Part shown: in pieces, positions 1-12,983 of the stretch | How the letters are laid out: the number at the start of each line of letters is the position of its first letter | How positions within the stretch are numbered: the stretch's first letter is position 1 | Source of the DNA: Tetramitus jugosus | Lineage: Eukaryota > Protista > Heterolobosea | Length of the DNA: 64,000 nucleotides | Reading direction: 5' to 3' | NCBI GenBank assembly: GCA_937625935.1 | Contig: OW569345.1 | Location: 372,001-436,000 of the forward strand | The notes under the pieces: generated by a model | What the model was told of the DNA's origin: nothing | The model's database searches: none | Seen by the model: the letters and a program-made list of their open reading frames with translations, nothing else | Made by a program: the position numbers and the translations under genes

Positions 1-11
1 CCTAACAATCT

Positions 12-573
12 TTATTTTTCGTATCCTGGGGTGTCTCCCTGTCTATATCTCTCTACCCATGTTAATATCCATCTTCTTTGTTTGGTTGGTATTTCCTTCA
101 ATTTCAGAGTTCTGGATTTGAATGTGAACAATTCTTCCCATGAGGTAAATTTGTCTTTATGTTCAGAACATCCCTTACCAATCTTTTCCAAGAATGTGTC
201 GACCGTGAGTCCTCCTGTAAGTTGCATCAATCGTGATCAAAAAATGTTGTTAGCTTCATGTAAACGAAATTGCAAAAAAAATCAAATGACGATGATTCGC
301 TTAGTGGGGAGATGAAAAAAAAGATGCTCCACACAAAAAATACGCACTTCTTCTTCTTGGAACCATTCCTGGCAATGGGGCAGGTTTGTATAGCTTTGCA
401 AGTTTTTCGCGCTTTGCCTTCTCTTCTTCGTCCTCCTCTTCTTCTTCTCTGTGAATTTGAGTTTGAGAGAATGTTCGTCGTTGTGCAACAATCAATTGTG
501 ATGGCGCAGTCATGAGCGATTGGTTTGTCCGGCCTGCGAGGGCCAATCTGCAAAGGGATGTGCTTCTCAACAT
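12..573 (-). CDS. FYV4: Mitochondrial small-subunit ribosomal protein mS41 (Fyv4/IGR-domain protein), 2 exons
   Basis: Exons 573-348 and 214-12, joined by a phase-1 GTGCGT...CAG intron with a GCTAAC branch point. N-terminus MLRSTSLCRLALAGR resembles a presequence. C-terminal TVDTFLEKIGKGC...WEELFTFKSRTLK...IPTKQRRWILTWVERYRQG matches the IGR domain. Confidence 0.85.
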
Positions 574-892
574 TTTTCTGCGTTTTCTTTTTTTTCTGCG
601 TGATTGTAAAAATGTGAAAATAGTGATAATATTCCGCTCAAGATGGCAAAACAAAAGACCTCTGACATTAAAGAAGATGTCACTCCCTGAACCACAGAGA
701 ATCCTCCTGGAGACCTTGGGTTCAAAGTGTTCTTCAATGTTATGAATCATAGCTGGTTGCACGTATGTCTCAATCTCCGATACAAACGGAGGAATTCTCC
801 AAACCGAGTTTACAGTTTACGGGAGGCCATTTCTGTCGGTTTTGACAATTTCGCAAAGATCTCGTTTGAAAACGAATAAGGAGATTAGAGAC

Positions 893-2591
<1,699 letters not shown>

Positions 2592-2658
2592 CTTATTCAA
2601 ACGAGCTTTTACAGTTTCTTCAAATTACAGCAAAGTTCAAGTAAGAAATGTTATTTAT

Positions 2659-3768
2659 TTACTTTCTGAATTGTCTCAAGATGTTGTGTCTGATCTTCAT
2701 GTCGTCGGCCCTTGTGGATTCGACAGAAGTACCGGCCAAAATCTTTGCCAATCTTGCAAATTCGGTCTCAACGAATTGTTCACCCTTTTCAGCAAACTTC
2801 TTCATGTACTTCAAGTATTGTTCAGCGTGCTTCTTTGACACAGTAGCAACAGAGGAGATTGCCTTCTCAGCTTCAGCTAAAATGGCGTCTCTCTCTTCCT
2901 TGGCAGCAACAATAAACTTCTTGGCACTGGCAGTCATGGTTCCAACCAAACCTGCCTCATCAGTCAAAGAGCCAGATGAAGTTCTGAACAAATTAGCCTT
3001 TCCATTGATAAAGTTGACAATGCCTTCAGCGTCTCTTGCACCATTGTAGTCTTCAGCATTCTTGGCAGAGCCTCTTGGGAAGAACTTGATGGTTGGGAAT
3101 CCCTTGATATCATATCTGCTTGGAATATCCTTGTGCTTGTCGGCATCCATCTTTGCAATGACAACATTCTTGTCAGCCTTGAATGCAGCAGCAGCCTTCT
3201 CATACTCTGGTGTCAACTTCTTGCAGTGACCACACCATGGAGCATAGAATTCAACCAAGACATCCTTGTCAGAGTCCATTACAATCTTGTCAAAGTTGGA
3301 TGGTGTCAAATCAGTCACAAATGTGGCAGCCTTTGGAATTCTAATGTTAGTGCCTGCCTTGTCATTCAAAAAGTTGGCAATATCTTCAGCAGATCTACCA
3401 GAGTTGTAATCTTCAGGGGTAGTGGCTTCAAATGGGAAAAACTTGATGGTTGGGTATCCCTTGACATCAAACTTGCTACAAACGTTTCTGTGATCATCAC
3501 AGTTGACCTTTGCGACTTGAACAGACTCAGTTCTTGCCTTAGTGAGGGCATCACCTAGGATCGCCATCTCTGGAGCAAGGTTCTTACAGTGACCACACCA
3601 TGGTGCATAGAATTCGACCAATGTTGGCTTCTTGCCATTCAAGTATTGTTCAAAATTGTCATTTGTGAGGTCAATGATACCAGGAACAGCATCCTCTGGT
3701 GCGTGAGCAATGGTATACACTGCAATGCACAATAAAACTACAATAAAGAGAACGATTTGTTGTCTCAT
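2659..3768 (-). CDS. Protein disulfide isomerase, a-a'-D (ERp38/TigA/PDI-D) type
   Basis: Signal peptide, two thioredoxin domains each with APWCGHCK, and a C-terminal ERp29-like helical domain ending NILRQFRK with no KDEL. Confidence 0.93.
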   Translation of the reverse strand: MRQQIVLFIVVLLCIAVYTIAHAPEDAVPGIIDLTNDNFEQYLNGKKPTLVEFYAPWCGHCKNLAPEMAILGDALTKARTESVQVAKVNCDDHRNVCSKFDVKGYPTIKFFPFEATTPEDYNSGRSAEDIANFLNDKAGTNIRIPKAATFVTDLTPSNFDKIVMDSDKDVLVEFYAPWCGHCKKLTPEYEKAAAAFKADKNVVIAKMDADKHKDIPSRYDIKGFPTIKFFPRGSAKNAEDYNGARDAEGIVNFINGKANLFRTSSGSLTDEAGLVGTMTASAKKFIVAAKEERDAILAEAEKAISSVATVSKKHAEQYLKYMKKFAEKGEQFVETEFARLAKILAGTSVESTRADDMKIRHNILRQFRK

Positions 3769-4084
3769 GATGATGGGTGATGCTTTTTTGTTGTTTGATT
3801 TTGTTGTGTTTTTTCTCGTGTGTAAAAGCTTTTTTGCTTGTTTACGACCTGTGCTGGCGGAGGACCACGTGGCCGCGAAAATCGGTCGGATAATTTGATG
3901 CAGATACGGACAATTAAGTTGCTTGAGGTTTCACCAACCTGGTAAGCTGTAGTGCTCGTGGAATTTGCTCTGGCTTCACTCTAGTGTGCCATCACTGTTC
4001 TTCGTTGTTGTCTTGTTCAACTGCCTTTTAATGGACCAAGATTACATTTTTCTTGCTAATCGAAAAAATGAAACAAAACCAGAG

Positions 4085-5125
4085 ATGAACATGCAAAAGT
4101 ATCAACAGCGATCACCATTGTTCCAACCCAGAGGGATCATTCCATCACTTTTGATGCAAAATGTTCTCCAAATAACTCGATCCCTCATGCATAGTAGCAG
4201 CGATCATCCTCACTCTGGCGAACCCGCGCTTGCAAGTGGCCAAAATAATCTTGGCGCCAACCGCAATCTACGAACAAAGCAGCTGTTGAATGAGCGCGAA
4301 ACAACACTCTTTCTGGATAGGTTGACTGCTTCCAATCAAGACAATGCTGTTTCCACACAAAATTTCATTTCTGCGGGTCATGATGTGACTAATGGACAAT
4401 CGTCCAACAACAAGGGCACACTGGGTCCACGGACCCAAAAAGAATTTGAAGACATGAAGCGAGAGCTAACCATTCTGCTTGATTTGAGTGTGCAGAGCAA
4501 GATGAAGATTGAAAAGGCATTTCCTGAGAAATTAGCAAAGTTTGGTTCTACAAAGGAAGATTGGGACAAATTTGGTCTCAATTGGCACCCAGGTTGGCGG
4601 GAACCACCCAGATATGTTCCAGAAGTGGACTGTGATCCATATAGAGGTGCATGTATGATTCAAGCATGTCCGTGTGATTCTTTTGAAACATGGCCACTTG
4701 ATGAGATTAGTGATTCAGGAGCAGTCAATGACCCAGATCTCATCAGAACCTATGTATACAATCCTCGGCTGTCGAACCCAGAGGCAGAGTTGTGCTATCT
4801 GTGCCATCATCTCAAGAGTGATCACACCTTGTGGACACCGAGTATGGAAGGATCTCGATCCAGGTTGGTAGAGTTCAATCGAGGAAACACAGAGAGATAC
4901 AGCCTCCAGTTGCAAGAGTCGATACCTCCCAAACATCCAATACATATTCCACAATACATGCTCCAGAGATACTATGATGATCATCCTGATGCACCTGGAG
5001 CGAGTGCAAATTCGTCCAAGCTTCGACTGGCAGATATCGAAGAGGACAATCGACCTTCTGGTATGTCATCGATCATGGGTGATGAATCAGATGATTTATT
5101 TGGAGATGATGATCTGTTGTCGTAA
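4085..5125 (+). CDS. Uncharacterised protein with a Cys/His (putative Zn-binding) motif, possibly mitochondrial
   Basis: Long open frame; start could be ATG 4031, 4085 or 4091. N-terminus is basic/hydroxylated. Contains RGACMIQACPCDSF...CYLCHHLKSDH and an acidic tail. Confidence 0.7.
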   Translation: MNMQKYQQRSPLFQPRGIIPSLLMQNVLQITRSLMHSSSDHPHSGEPALASGQNNLGANRNLRTKQLLNERETTLFLDRLTASNQDNAVSTQNFISAGHDVTNGQSSNNKGTLGPRTQKEFEDMKRELTILLDLSVQSKMKIEKAFPEKLAKFGSTKEDWDKFGLNWHPGWREPPRYVPEVDCDPYRGACMIQACPCDSFETWPLDEISDSGAVNDPDLIRTYVYNPRLSNPEAELCYLCHHLKSDHTLWTPSMEGSRSRLVEFNRGNTERYSLQLQESIPPKHPIHIPQYMLQRYYDDHPDAPGASANSSKLRLADIEEDNRPSGMSSIMGDESDDLFGDDDLLS

Positions 5126-5133
5126 AATACACT

Positions 5134-7881
5134 TTATTTGAGCTCGGCAACTTGTTGTTGAAGTTTTCTCACGGAGTCCTGCAATTTTAATATTTCCTTT
5201 TGCATGTTATCATTGGATCCAATTTTCTTTTGTTTCAACGAGTTAATTTGATGCTGGACCCAAGGTCTGTACTGATGAGCAAATAGATTCATGCATGTTT
5301 CTATGTCTCCAATCACACTTAAGTCACCAATGACGACCAGGCCTCGAATGGCACCGTATCTGACATTGTCATCCTCATCTCTCAAATAATCTACAAGTAG
5401 TTGGGTGGCTTGGGTCTTCTCATGACTCGGGAGAGTACTGGCAATGCTTCCAATTGATTTCAATATAGTTCCCAAGCATTCCTGTCTTCTTTCTGCTGTA
5501 ACACGATTCAATAAGTGATGATAGACAGGCATGGAATGTGACAAGTACTTCAACGCTCCATACCCCAACAGCTTTACTACAGGGTAGGCTTCTTGCTTGT
5601 CATTATCAATATGCTTCAGAATGAGATTGGTAGCTTGTTGTTCTTCTTCGCCTGTTAACCATTGAGATGCTAGCACATTCAGAGCATTACCATGAGTGAT
5701 ATATGGTAAAAGTTCAGTATCTGCTAGTTGCAGATATTTCAACACAGCTTGCTTGATATTTTCATCTCTGAAACCAATCATGGCCTTCGTCACTTGCATA
5801 TGGGCCATTGGTTCACTTTCGTTCTCCAACATCCAACAGAGTGCTCTGCTTGAGTGAGCGGACTTTATGTCTGCTAGTGAATGAGCAATTCGCGCTCTCA
5901 CTCCATAGAATGATTCCTTCTTTAAAGCATCAATCAAGTCATCCATCAGTAATCTAGAAGTGGATGCGTGATGCTTAATGAATTGATGGGCTGCAAATAT
6001 TCTATTAAAGATATCAGGTGCGTTGCGGAGAGTATTGAGTAGAATAGTTTGGCCTGGATTGAAGTCATCTCGAATCTTGAACAACACTTCTGTGTTCGGA
6101 TCAAACAAGATCACTGTTGGCTCGGCATCCACATTGAAAGTAATAGAAGCAAAGCCACCATTCTCAAATGTTAGTACACCATTGAGTTCTTCCTTCTCTG
6201 TCACTACTCGAACCTTGAGTTCGAAATCAAAGTATCCGATATTTCTCTTTTGATTCATCTGAGTCTGTTTAGCCAACAGTTTAACTGTCTTTTTCTTCAT
6301 ATCATAAGTATACTTCATATCTAAAATAGGATAGCCACATCCAAAGATCCATTGCTCAAAGAATTTGGTCAAATTTCTGCTGGAAGTACGCTCCAATACT
6401 CTCTGGAAATCAATAGTCTCAACAATATTGGAAGAAAATTGTTCAACGTAGTTCTTAATCGCACTCCAGAACACGTCCTCTCCCAACATGCTCATGAGCA
6501 TGTGCAAGCGCCAACTTCCACCAGGATACAAGTGTCTATCAAATAAGTCCCAGCTCGAATCATACTTGTTGGTGACAATTGGTCTCACATACTCATAATC
6601 GGCTTCATGACTATAAGACACCTTTTGAAGGTAGAATGAATACATGCGTTCATCATGACCATACTCATGACCAGCCCAGGTAGCTTCAAAGAACTTTGCA
6701 AATGACTCCTTGAGCCATGCGTGCTCAAAGTGTCGAATCACTAGTGCATCGCCAAAGTAGGAGTGAGAGCACTCATGCAAAACAACAATATCTGTTTCAA
6801 CTTTCCACTCCTTTGCATAGGTTTGGTCCTGTAGGAACATGTTGTCCCACGATACAAGGGAAATGTTTTCCATGGCGGATGACACTCTGGGTGCAATGAC
6901 CTGGTAGTACTTTTGGAAGTTTGGGAATGGTACTTGAATCTTATTCTCGAGGAACTTGATAATTGATCTAGTCTTGTTGAAAGTGAATCGCAGGTCTTGT
7001 TCATTGGTTCCCTTGGGTGCAATATAGGCAATTGGGAGTTTCTGACCACTCATTGTCACCACATCTTCATCCTTTGCAATCATCAACTCTCCCACAGCAA
7101 AGCAAATGAGATAGGATGGACAAGGATAACTATTGTACCAATGAATCAACTTGAGCTGGTCATTGGCCTCAGACAGAACGCTTTCCTGCTTCAATTCACC
7201 ATTGGCATACGCACTCCACTCGACTGGCACAGTGAAATAAAAGTCGATCGTAGTTCTAATGATTGGATAATCTACACAGGCCAACCAAAAGCGAGCTCTC
7301 TCTGTTTCATGATCTGTCACAGCATATCTTCCCAGGGAGTCACCAGGTTCATTGACTTTTTGATCACCAAGGAATGATTTCCTATAATGAAAGGCGATCG
7401 AGCTCAATGGAGAATCCACAGTGTACATCAACTCAATCAGCCTCTCCTCTCCACGCTTCCAACCACCTTCAAACTGTACACGAATCAATTCTCCATCGTA
7501 CGTCCACTGCAAACCAGAGGACCCTAAAGAAGAGGATTGTGTGACATCCTTGACACTCAAGTGATGGAACTGATGACCATTGAACTCAATCTTTGGATCT
7601 TGATGATCATGGTTGCATCTGACGTGATGAACGACTCTGACTTGAAAGCGGTGATTGTCCAGTGAATCATCATCGAATTTCAGATGAATGTCCATGTGAG
7701 TTGGCTCTAATTGCAAGTCTGGAGCATAGGAAGAAGGAGTCAAATGCTCTCGAAGAGTAAAGGAACGACGTCCGTCATCATCACGATGATGATGATCGTT
7801 ATCACCAAGATCTTGTTGCTTGAGAATGTCTCTCAAGGAATGTTGAGTATTTCTCGTGGTGGAACAACAAGTGTGAGGCAT
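5134..7881 (-). CDS. M1-family zinc aminopeptidase with C-terminal HEAT-like repeats and coiled coil (bacterial PepN-like type)
   Basis: SAMEN (GAMEN variant), HECSH-x18-E (HAWLKESFA), catalytic Tyr region DRHLYPGG, HEAT-like C-terminus. No intron. First ATG at 7881. Confidence 0.92.
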   Translation of the reverse strand: MPHTCCSTTRNTQHSLRDILKQQDLGDNDHHHRDDDGRRSFTLREHLTPSSYAPDLQLEPTHMDIHLKFDDDSLDNHRFQVRVVHHVRCNHDHQDPKIEFNGHQFHHLSVKDVTQSSSLGSSGLQWTYDGELIRVQFEGGWKRGEERLIELMYTVDSPLSSIAFHYRKSFLGDQKVNEPGDSLGRYAVTDHETERARFWLACVDYPIIRTTIDFYFTVPVEWSAYANGELKQESVLSEANDQLKLIHWYNSYPCPSYLICFAVGELMIAKDEDVVTMSGQKLPIAYIAPKGTNEQDLRFTFNKTRSIIKFLENKIQVPFPNFQKYYQVIAPRVSSAMENISLVSWDNMFLQDQTYAKEWKVETDIVVLHECSHSYFGDALVIRHFEHAWLKESFAKFFEATWAGHEYGHDERMYSFYLQKVSYSHEADYEYVRPIVTNKYDSSWDLFDRHLYPGGSWRLHMLMSMLGEDVFWSAIKNYVEQFSSNIVETIDFQRVLERTSSRNLTKFFEQWIFGCGYPILDMKYTYDMKKKTVKLLAKQTQMNQKRNIGYFDFELKVRVVTEKEELNGVLTFENGGFASITFNVDAEPTVILFDPNTEVLFKIRDDFNPGQTILLNTLRNAPDIFNRIFAAHQFIKHHASTSRLLMDDLIDALKKESFYGVRARIAHSLADIKSAHSSRALCWMLENESEPMAHMQVTKAMIGFRDENIKQAVLKYLQLADTELLPYITHGNALNVLASQWLTGEEEQQATNLILKHIDNDKQEAYPVVKLLGYGALKYLSHSMPVYHHLLNRVTAERRQECLGTILKSIGSIASTLPSHEKTQATQLLVDYLRDEDDNVRYGAIRGLVVIGDLSVIGDIETCMNLFAHQYRPWVQHQINSLKQKKIGSNDNMQKEILKLQDSVRKLQQQVAELK

Positions 7882-8173
7882 TGTAATCGACAAAAATGGA
7901 TGATTGTGCTTGATCTTTTGTGTTTTTTTGTCAGGTGAAAAAGATCTGAATTTTTCGCTGCTTCAGATCACACACCATGTTCACAACCATGTTCAAAATT
8001 GCTGTGGTGGTAGCTGAGATTCAACTACAATTGAATCATAAGACAGTCATCCATCACAGGTGAAACCACTTTCGTCACACCTGCTGTTACCTCATTTTGT
8101 GCACAATTTCATTGAACTCTACATAAACTCCGACTTTCACACACAAAAACTCAGAAAGAAAAGAGGAGAGAGC

Positions 8174-8941
8174 ATGAAGAGAACGCGATGGGTCATTTAT
8201 AAGCCAGATGAGAAGGAGACTGACTATCTCGTCAAGGAAGAAAAAGAATTCAAAAGTCATCACACCAACAACCCTACTAGTAATGGCATAATTGCAACAG
8301 CAGAAGACGATGAAGGATTCACATTGCGCTACATATCACGAGAATTCTTCTTCAATGAACAACAGGAGCAACAGGAACAACTTGCACAAAGGGAGAGCAG
8401 TGATGGAAGAGTGAGACATTATGTGAAACCGAGTGTGTTTGAACGATTGTCCAATCAACAGATTGAATCCAAAATTGATCGATTTTTCAAGGATCAATCT
8501 CATGTTGATGCATTTGCGTCGAGCAATAGTAGTAGTAGTAGTAGTAGTAAAAAGGCAGATAACAATAGCAACAACAAAAACAACAACAAAAACAATAATA
8601 ATGTTTGGACGAGTTTCAAGCAACAACCCATTCGATTGACACGAAGGAGCAAGGGTGTTGTTGTCAAACTGTATCCCACAGTGGAAGAAATGGCCGCAGC
8701 AAAGAAATTGGAGGATGCAAACAAGAGTGATCAACAATCAGCAAGCGACACGCTTAGCTTCAAGAGGATCAATGCATCGTTCAGTTCTTCTCTGCGGAAT
8801 CATCGAAGGAAAGTGGCCGATCAGATTGGAAACAAGAGAAAGCGCAATGATAGTGACGATAGTGATTCGGAGGATGATGCTCGATTTGCTTCTTGTGTCG
8901 TGAGTTTTGATGATCTGACCAAAGGAGCCAACAGCAAATAA
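8174..8941 (+). CDS. Hypothetical protein, possibly nuclear
   Basis: 255-codon ORF from ATG 8174 with poly-S/N tracts and a basic NLS-like KRKR. Stop codon is embedded in AATAAA, as in neighbouring genes. Confidence 0.65.
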   Translation: MKRTRWVIYKPDEKETDYLVKEEKEFKSHHTNNPTSNGIIATAEDDEGFTLRYISREFFFNEQQEQQEQLAQRESSDGRVRHYVKPSVFERLSNQQIESKIDRFFKDQSHVDAFASSNSSSSSSSKKADNNSNNKNNNKNNNNVWTSFKQQPIRLTRRSKGVVVKLYPTVEEMAAAKKLEDANKSDQQSASDTLSFKRINASFSSSLRNHRRKVADQIGNKRKRNDSDDSDSEDDARFASCVVSFDDLTKGANSK

Positions 8942-9036
8942 ATTCAATTTTCAAGGCGTGCAATGGAATGCACTCATTTTATTGGGCTGCAACAATATAC
9001 ACCCATTCGTCCTCTATTCTTTGACTCCTACTGGCA

Positions 9037-10898
9037 CTATGACAGCAATTTTCTTGTCCTCTTCGTTACCGAGGTAGTGCCGCCCAAGACGGATGTCTTT
9101 CTTGGTGTAGTGCCATTTTGTGTCACAGGATTCGTCCTAGAGGATGGACCTTGATTCGTGGCAGGAGCATATTGACTGGATAAGTAAGAGCTGGACGGAG
9201 AAGAAGTGTGGAGTCCATTGTTGATGTCGGCCGGTCTTCCATTCGAAGGTACGTAGGACCTGTGTACACCACTTGAGCTTGTGACGCCATACTTTGCTGA
9301 GCTATCACCCACTCTTGCTGTTGGAGTATAGGTGGCCATTCCAGATCGTGAGCCGCTCATGGTAGTTGTAGGTGTTGAGGATGTGTTCGTAATCCGTTGA
9401 CTCGACAGCTGTCTTCTCATTCCTGATGATATCGTATCACCCATCATGGTCGTATTCGATCGAGGATCACTCGATTCATAGGCTCCACTGGATACATAAT
9501 TCTTTCTTCTTGGATCATGTTGTGAATCCAGTGCTTGAACACCACTCGAAGAAGAATAATTAGTCATACCGACTGCTGGAGAGTAAGATGAAGAGCCATA
9601 GACGGCTCCTGAGCTCATTTGTTGTTGGTGTTGTTGACGCTGTCTCATATCATCCTCTTCATTCTGTGAACTCATTGTTGTTGGTCTCTCGGCATTCACA
9701 CCTTCGTTAATCTTTTTAACCGTCCAGTCAAACACGAAATCATTCTGGTATCCTTCCTTGAAGAACAAGTCCCTAAACAACTTTCTCAGATATGCATAGT
9801 CTGGTTTGTCTTCGAATCGAAGGGCACGAACATAGCTCAAATAAGTGGCGAACTCTGTGGGGAATCCCTTGCATAACACTTCCAATGGCGTAGAGAATTT
9901 CTTCTCACTAATTCTTTCGTATTTCTGAACCTTTGTTGTCGCTTTGAGTCCTTGCCATGGCAATGAGCCCCGACAAAAGTACATTAACACATAGCCTAGT
10001 GATTCCAAATCATCTCGACGCGATTGTTCTATTCATACATGTATCATCAACACAATTTGAGTAATCAATCAACAATGAATCGATGAGAGTCAAATGAAAA
10101 AACCTACCTATTCCCACATGGGTATTAATACTGGCATATCTCGCAGTTCCAGTCAAGTTCTTATTGTCCTTATACTGAATATGTACATGGGTCTTGTGAT
10201 CTCTATACTTTTTAGCGAGACCGAAATCAATGAGATACACGTGATGGCCCTTCTTTCCTGTTCCCATTAGGAAATTGTCTGGTTTAATATCTCTGTGAAT
10301 AAAATTCTTGGTGTGTATGTATTCAATGCGAGAAATCTAATGAGATGCATCATTGCACAATATTCAATAAATCATATCAAAGACAATTCGTGTTAAATGT
10401 TGGTATTTGTGCACAAGTAGAGCCATTTGTTGGTTGATGATTTGATTGGTCATACCATTTGATCAGCGAGCATAAGCACTGTTTTTAAACTGAATTTTCT
10501 GCCACAAAAGTTGAACAAATCTTCCAAACTAGGCCCCAACAAGTCCATTACCATCACATTGTAATCACCTTCCACACCATACCATCTGACACTGGGGATA
10601 CCAACGACTGAACCACCAGTCGCTCCAAGATTCAAAAGCTTGTATAAACGTGATTCATAGAGTAATTGAGGATGACGCGATTTCACAGGTTCAAGTTTGA
10701 TGGCCACTTTGTCTCCAGTCTGTATATTCGTGCCTGAAAAAGGAGGATATTGCATGATGAGAAAAAATGGTCCAAGCTTACGCACACAATGGAAAGCAGA
10801 AAAAATATGCAAATGTTCTTACCTTGATAAATTTCGCCAAATGAACCGCTTCCAATTTTTCTGCCCAATCTGTACTTGTTTCCCACACGAAGTTCCAT
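9037..10898 (-). CDS. CK1: Casein kinase I (delta/epsilon-like), 4 exons
   Basis: Exons 10898-10823, 10733-10456, 10336-10108, 10028-9037. Motifs [65 protein letters not shown], then a Ser/Thr-rich tail. Confidence 0.97.
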
Positions 10899-11276
10899 GA
10901 TTTATGTGGAGAGATATTGTTAATTAATTGCGTTGTTGTTGGTGTTTGTGTCTGCTCTAGTTTTTTTTATGACGTCCTAAAGCACGAAAAATTGCGTTTT
11001 TCCCTTGTCGGTGATATGTTCTTTTTTGAGCTCAACTGGGGGCTATGAGGGATACCGACTCTTGATTGTTTGTTGTTGTGTCTCTTGGATTGATTCGTTA
11101 CCAGAGCTCTTACTCTTGAATAGCTGAAGACTCAAACGTTCTCAATTTCTGTTGTTGTTGATCCTCCTGCGAAAATCATGACGCCAGTTACAAAAAGAGC
11201 GGTTTGGGAATCTACGACATCCAAAAAGAAAAAGTCCAAATGCCCATTTCTTGGTAATTCTCCTTCATCATGAGGC

Positions 11277-12983
11277 TCAATCCCAATACTTTATTGTGTT
11301 GTCCCATGAAGCAGTAGCCATTTTACTTGCTTCAATAGGATGCCATGCAACTCCCATAGTGACTGCATTATGACACTTCTTCGTTGCGATGTGTTTACCA
11401 GTTTTCCAATCCCAGAACCAGACATTGCCCTGAGAGTCACCACTGACCACAAATCGACCATCATTTGAGAAGCCACATTGGCAAGCATAACCAGCAACCT
11501 TGTGTCCCTTGAAGAGTTTCTTTTTAAATTGTCTGAAACCATGCTTTCCTTGCTCGTACACATAGATGTGATCATCGAGAGACTGACCGAGGAGCCATCT
11601 ATGATTTGGATGAACTCCTACAAATGGAGTGGCGTGCATGTAGGGATCAGCAATAAACTTTACCTCAACAGGTATTCCATAGTCCCACAATCGCAATGAT
11701 TTATCCTCTGATGTACTGAGGAACTGCTTACCGTTGTCTAGGAATGTGATTGTATTCACAGCACCCATATGTCTATCATATGTCTGTACAATCTTCTTCT
11801 CTCTCACGTCCCACTGTAGAATCTTTTTGTCTTGACAACCGGCGAGCATTTGATAACTCATTGCCTCATTTGGATTAATTTCGACACAATTCGGTACACT
11901 ACCGTTCGAGTATGTACCAATCACTTTGCCTGTCTCAGTATCCCACAGTTTCACTGTTCGATCATAACTGGATGTGGCAAATCGAGTACCATCATAATTG
12001 AAGCTCAATCCTTTCACAGCCTTATCATGACCATAATATGTCCTTATGCACACTCTGTTTCCTTCCTCGGTGCCCCATATTCTTGCTGTTCCATCCATAG
12101 AGGACGACAATAGTAAATGACCATAAGTTGGAAAGAATTTGATTGCAGATATGCCATTCGTGTGACCTGCATACGTATGAATGCACTTCTTTGGCAAATA
12201 GGATCGAATTTCCTTGTATTCCTTTGGTTTCAAATGAGAAGGATGAGCAATAAAGGTTCTTCCCTGATAATCTCTCTCTTGAGCCAAGTGAAACACACTG
12301 TACCCTCCCTGATCACCCTCGATCACCGTCTCTCCATCATCACCTCTAATAATGTTCACCTCTGCTGTTAATTTCGATTTCTTATCTACATGTTGGTCAT
12401 CATCTTGAATCTCAGCCGACTCTACAACTGCTGTGGACTCTGACTCTTCTGATGCTTGTTTGTTCGATGCATCCACTGCTTTGTTTTCTTCGTGTTCTTC
12501 TGTCTTGTTCTTGTTGTTGCTGTCTTCCACCTGTTGTTCATACACGTAGGATGCAAAACCTGGAATCTTACCAATGACAGCAACAGATGAATCATCATCA
12601 TTGTCACCATCATTTCCACCACTCATCTCTCTCAATTGTTTCATCATCATGGCACGTTGTCTCTTTTTTTGTTTCAGAATGGAATTTCTGTCCTGTTGAT
12701 AGTGAGACGATATCTCACCAGAGTAATAAATGGGTTCACATGACACTTTTGTCTGCGCATTCATCACATCCAATGGATTTCTTGCCACACTGTATAATTC
12801 TCCGCCAATGGCATTGCTTTGAGGATCGTTGAGTGGTGCAATAATGTTGGGTGTGAGATTTATTGGTGTTGTTGCTGTGGTGGTGGTGGTGGTGGTCGAC
12901 GTTATTCTTGAAGATGATGTTTGTTGTTGATGCTGATCATTTTCGCTGTCAGAGTCTGCATACAAGCTTTGAATCAGATCCAT
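11277..12983 (-). CDS. PRP17: Pre-mRNA processing factor 17 (WD40 splicing factor)
   Basis: ERDYQGRTF, YLPKKCIHTYAGH, WD40 repeats, FKKKLFKGHKVAGYAC and the C-terminal WDNTIKYWD are characteristic of PRP17/CDC40. Confidence 0.95.
   Translation of the reverse strand: MDLIQSLYADSDSENDQHQQQTSSSRITSTTTTTTTATTPINLTPNIIAPLNDPQSNAIGGELYSVARNPLDVMNAQTKVSCEPIYYSGEISSHYQQDRNSILKQKKRQRAMMMKQLREMSGGNDGDNDDDSSVAVIGKIPGFASYVYEQQVEDSNNKNKTEEHEENKAVDASNKQASEESESTAVVESAEIQDDDQHVDKKSKLTAEVNIIRGDDGETVIEGDQGGYSVFHLAQERDYQGRTFIAHPSHLKPKEYKEIRSYLPKKCIHTYAGHTNGISAIKFFPTYGHLLLSSSMDGTARIWGTEEGNRVCIRTYYGHDKAVKGLSFNYDGTRFATSSYDRTVKLWDTETGKVIGTYSNGSVPNCVEINPNEAMSYQMLAGCQDKKILQWDVREKKIVQTYDRHMGAVNTITFLDNGKQFLSTSEDKSLRLWDYGIPVEVKFIADPYMHATPFVGVHPNHRWLLGQSLDDHIYVYEQGKHGFRQFKKKLFKGHKVAGYACQCGFSNDGRFVVSGDSQGNVWFWDWKTGKHIATKKCHNAVTMGVAWHPIEASKMATASWDNTIKYWD

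Noticed and set aside
643-879. ATG-initiated 78-codon frame with one internal TGA (MAKQKTSD...), and a similar TGA-interrupted frame at ~33630-33930, hinting at UGA recoding
   Set aside because: TGA terminates real genes here (PRP17, AFG3, KIF22, PiT, P4H-GT60). Such short frames are expected by chance given TpA depletion, and no SECIS or homology is evident.
2659-2700. PDI lacking a KDEL/HDEL retention signal
   Set aside because: Normal for the a-a'-D subfamily.
3965-4084. Signal-peptide-like hydrophobic start of the 386-aa ORF
   Set aside because: It begins at TTG upstream of the first ATG and is probably T-rich 5' non-coding sequence.
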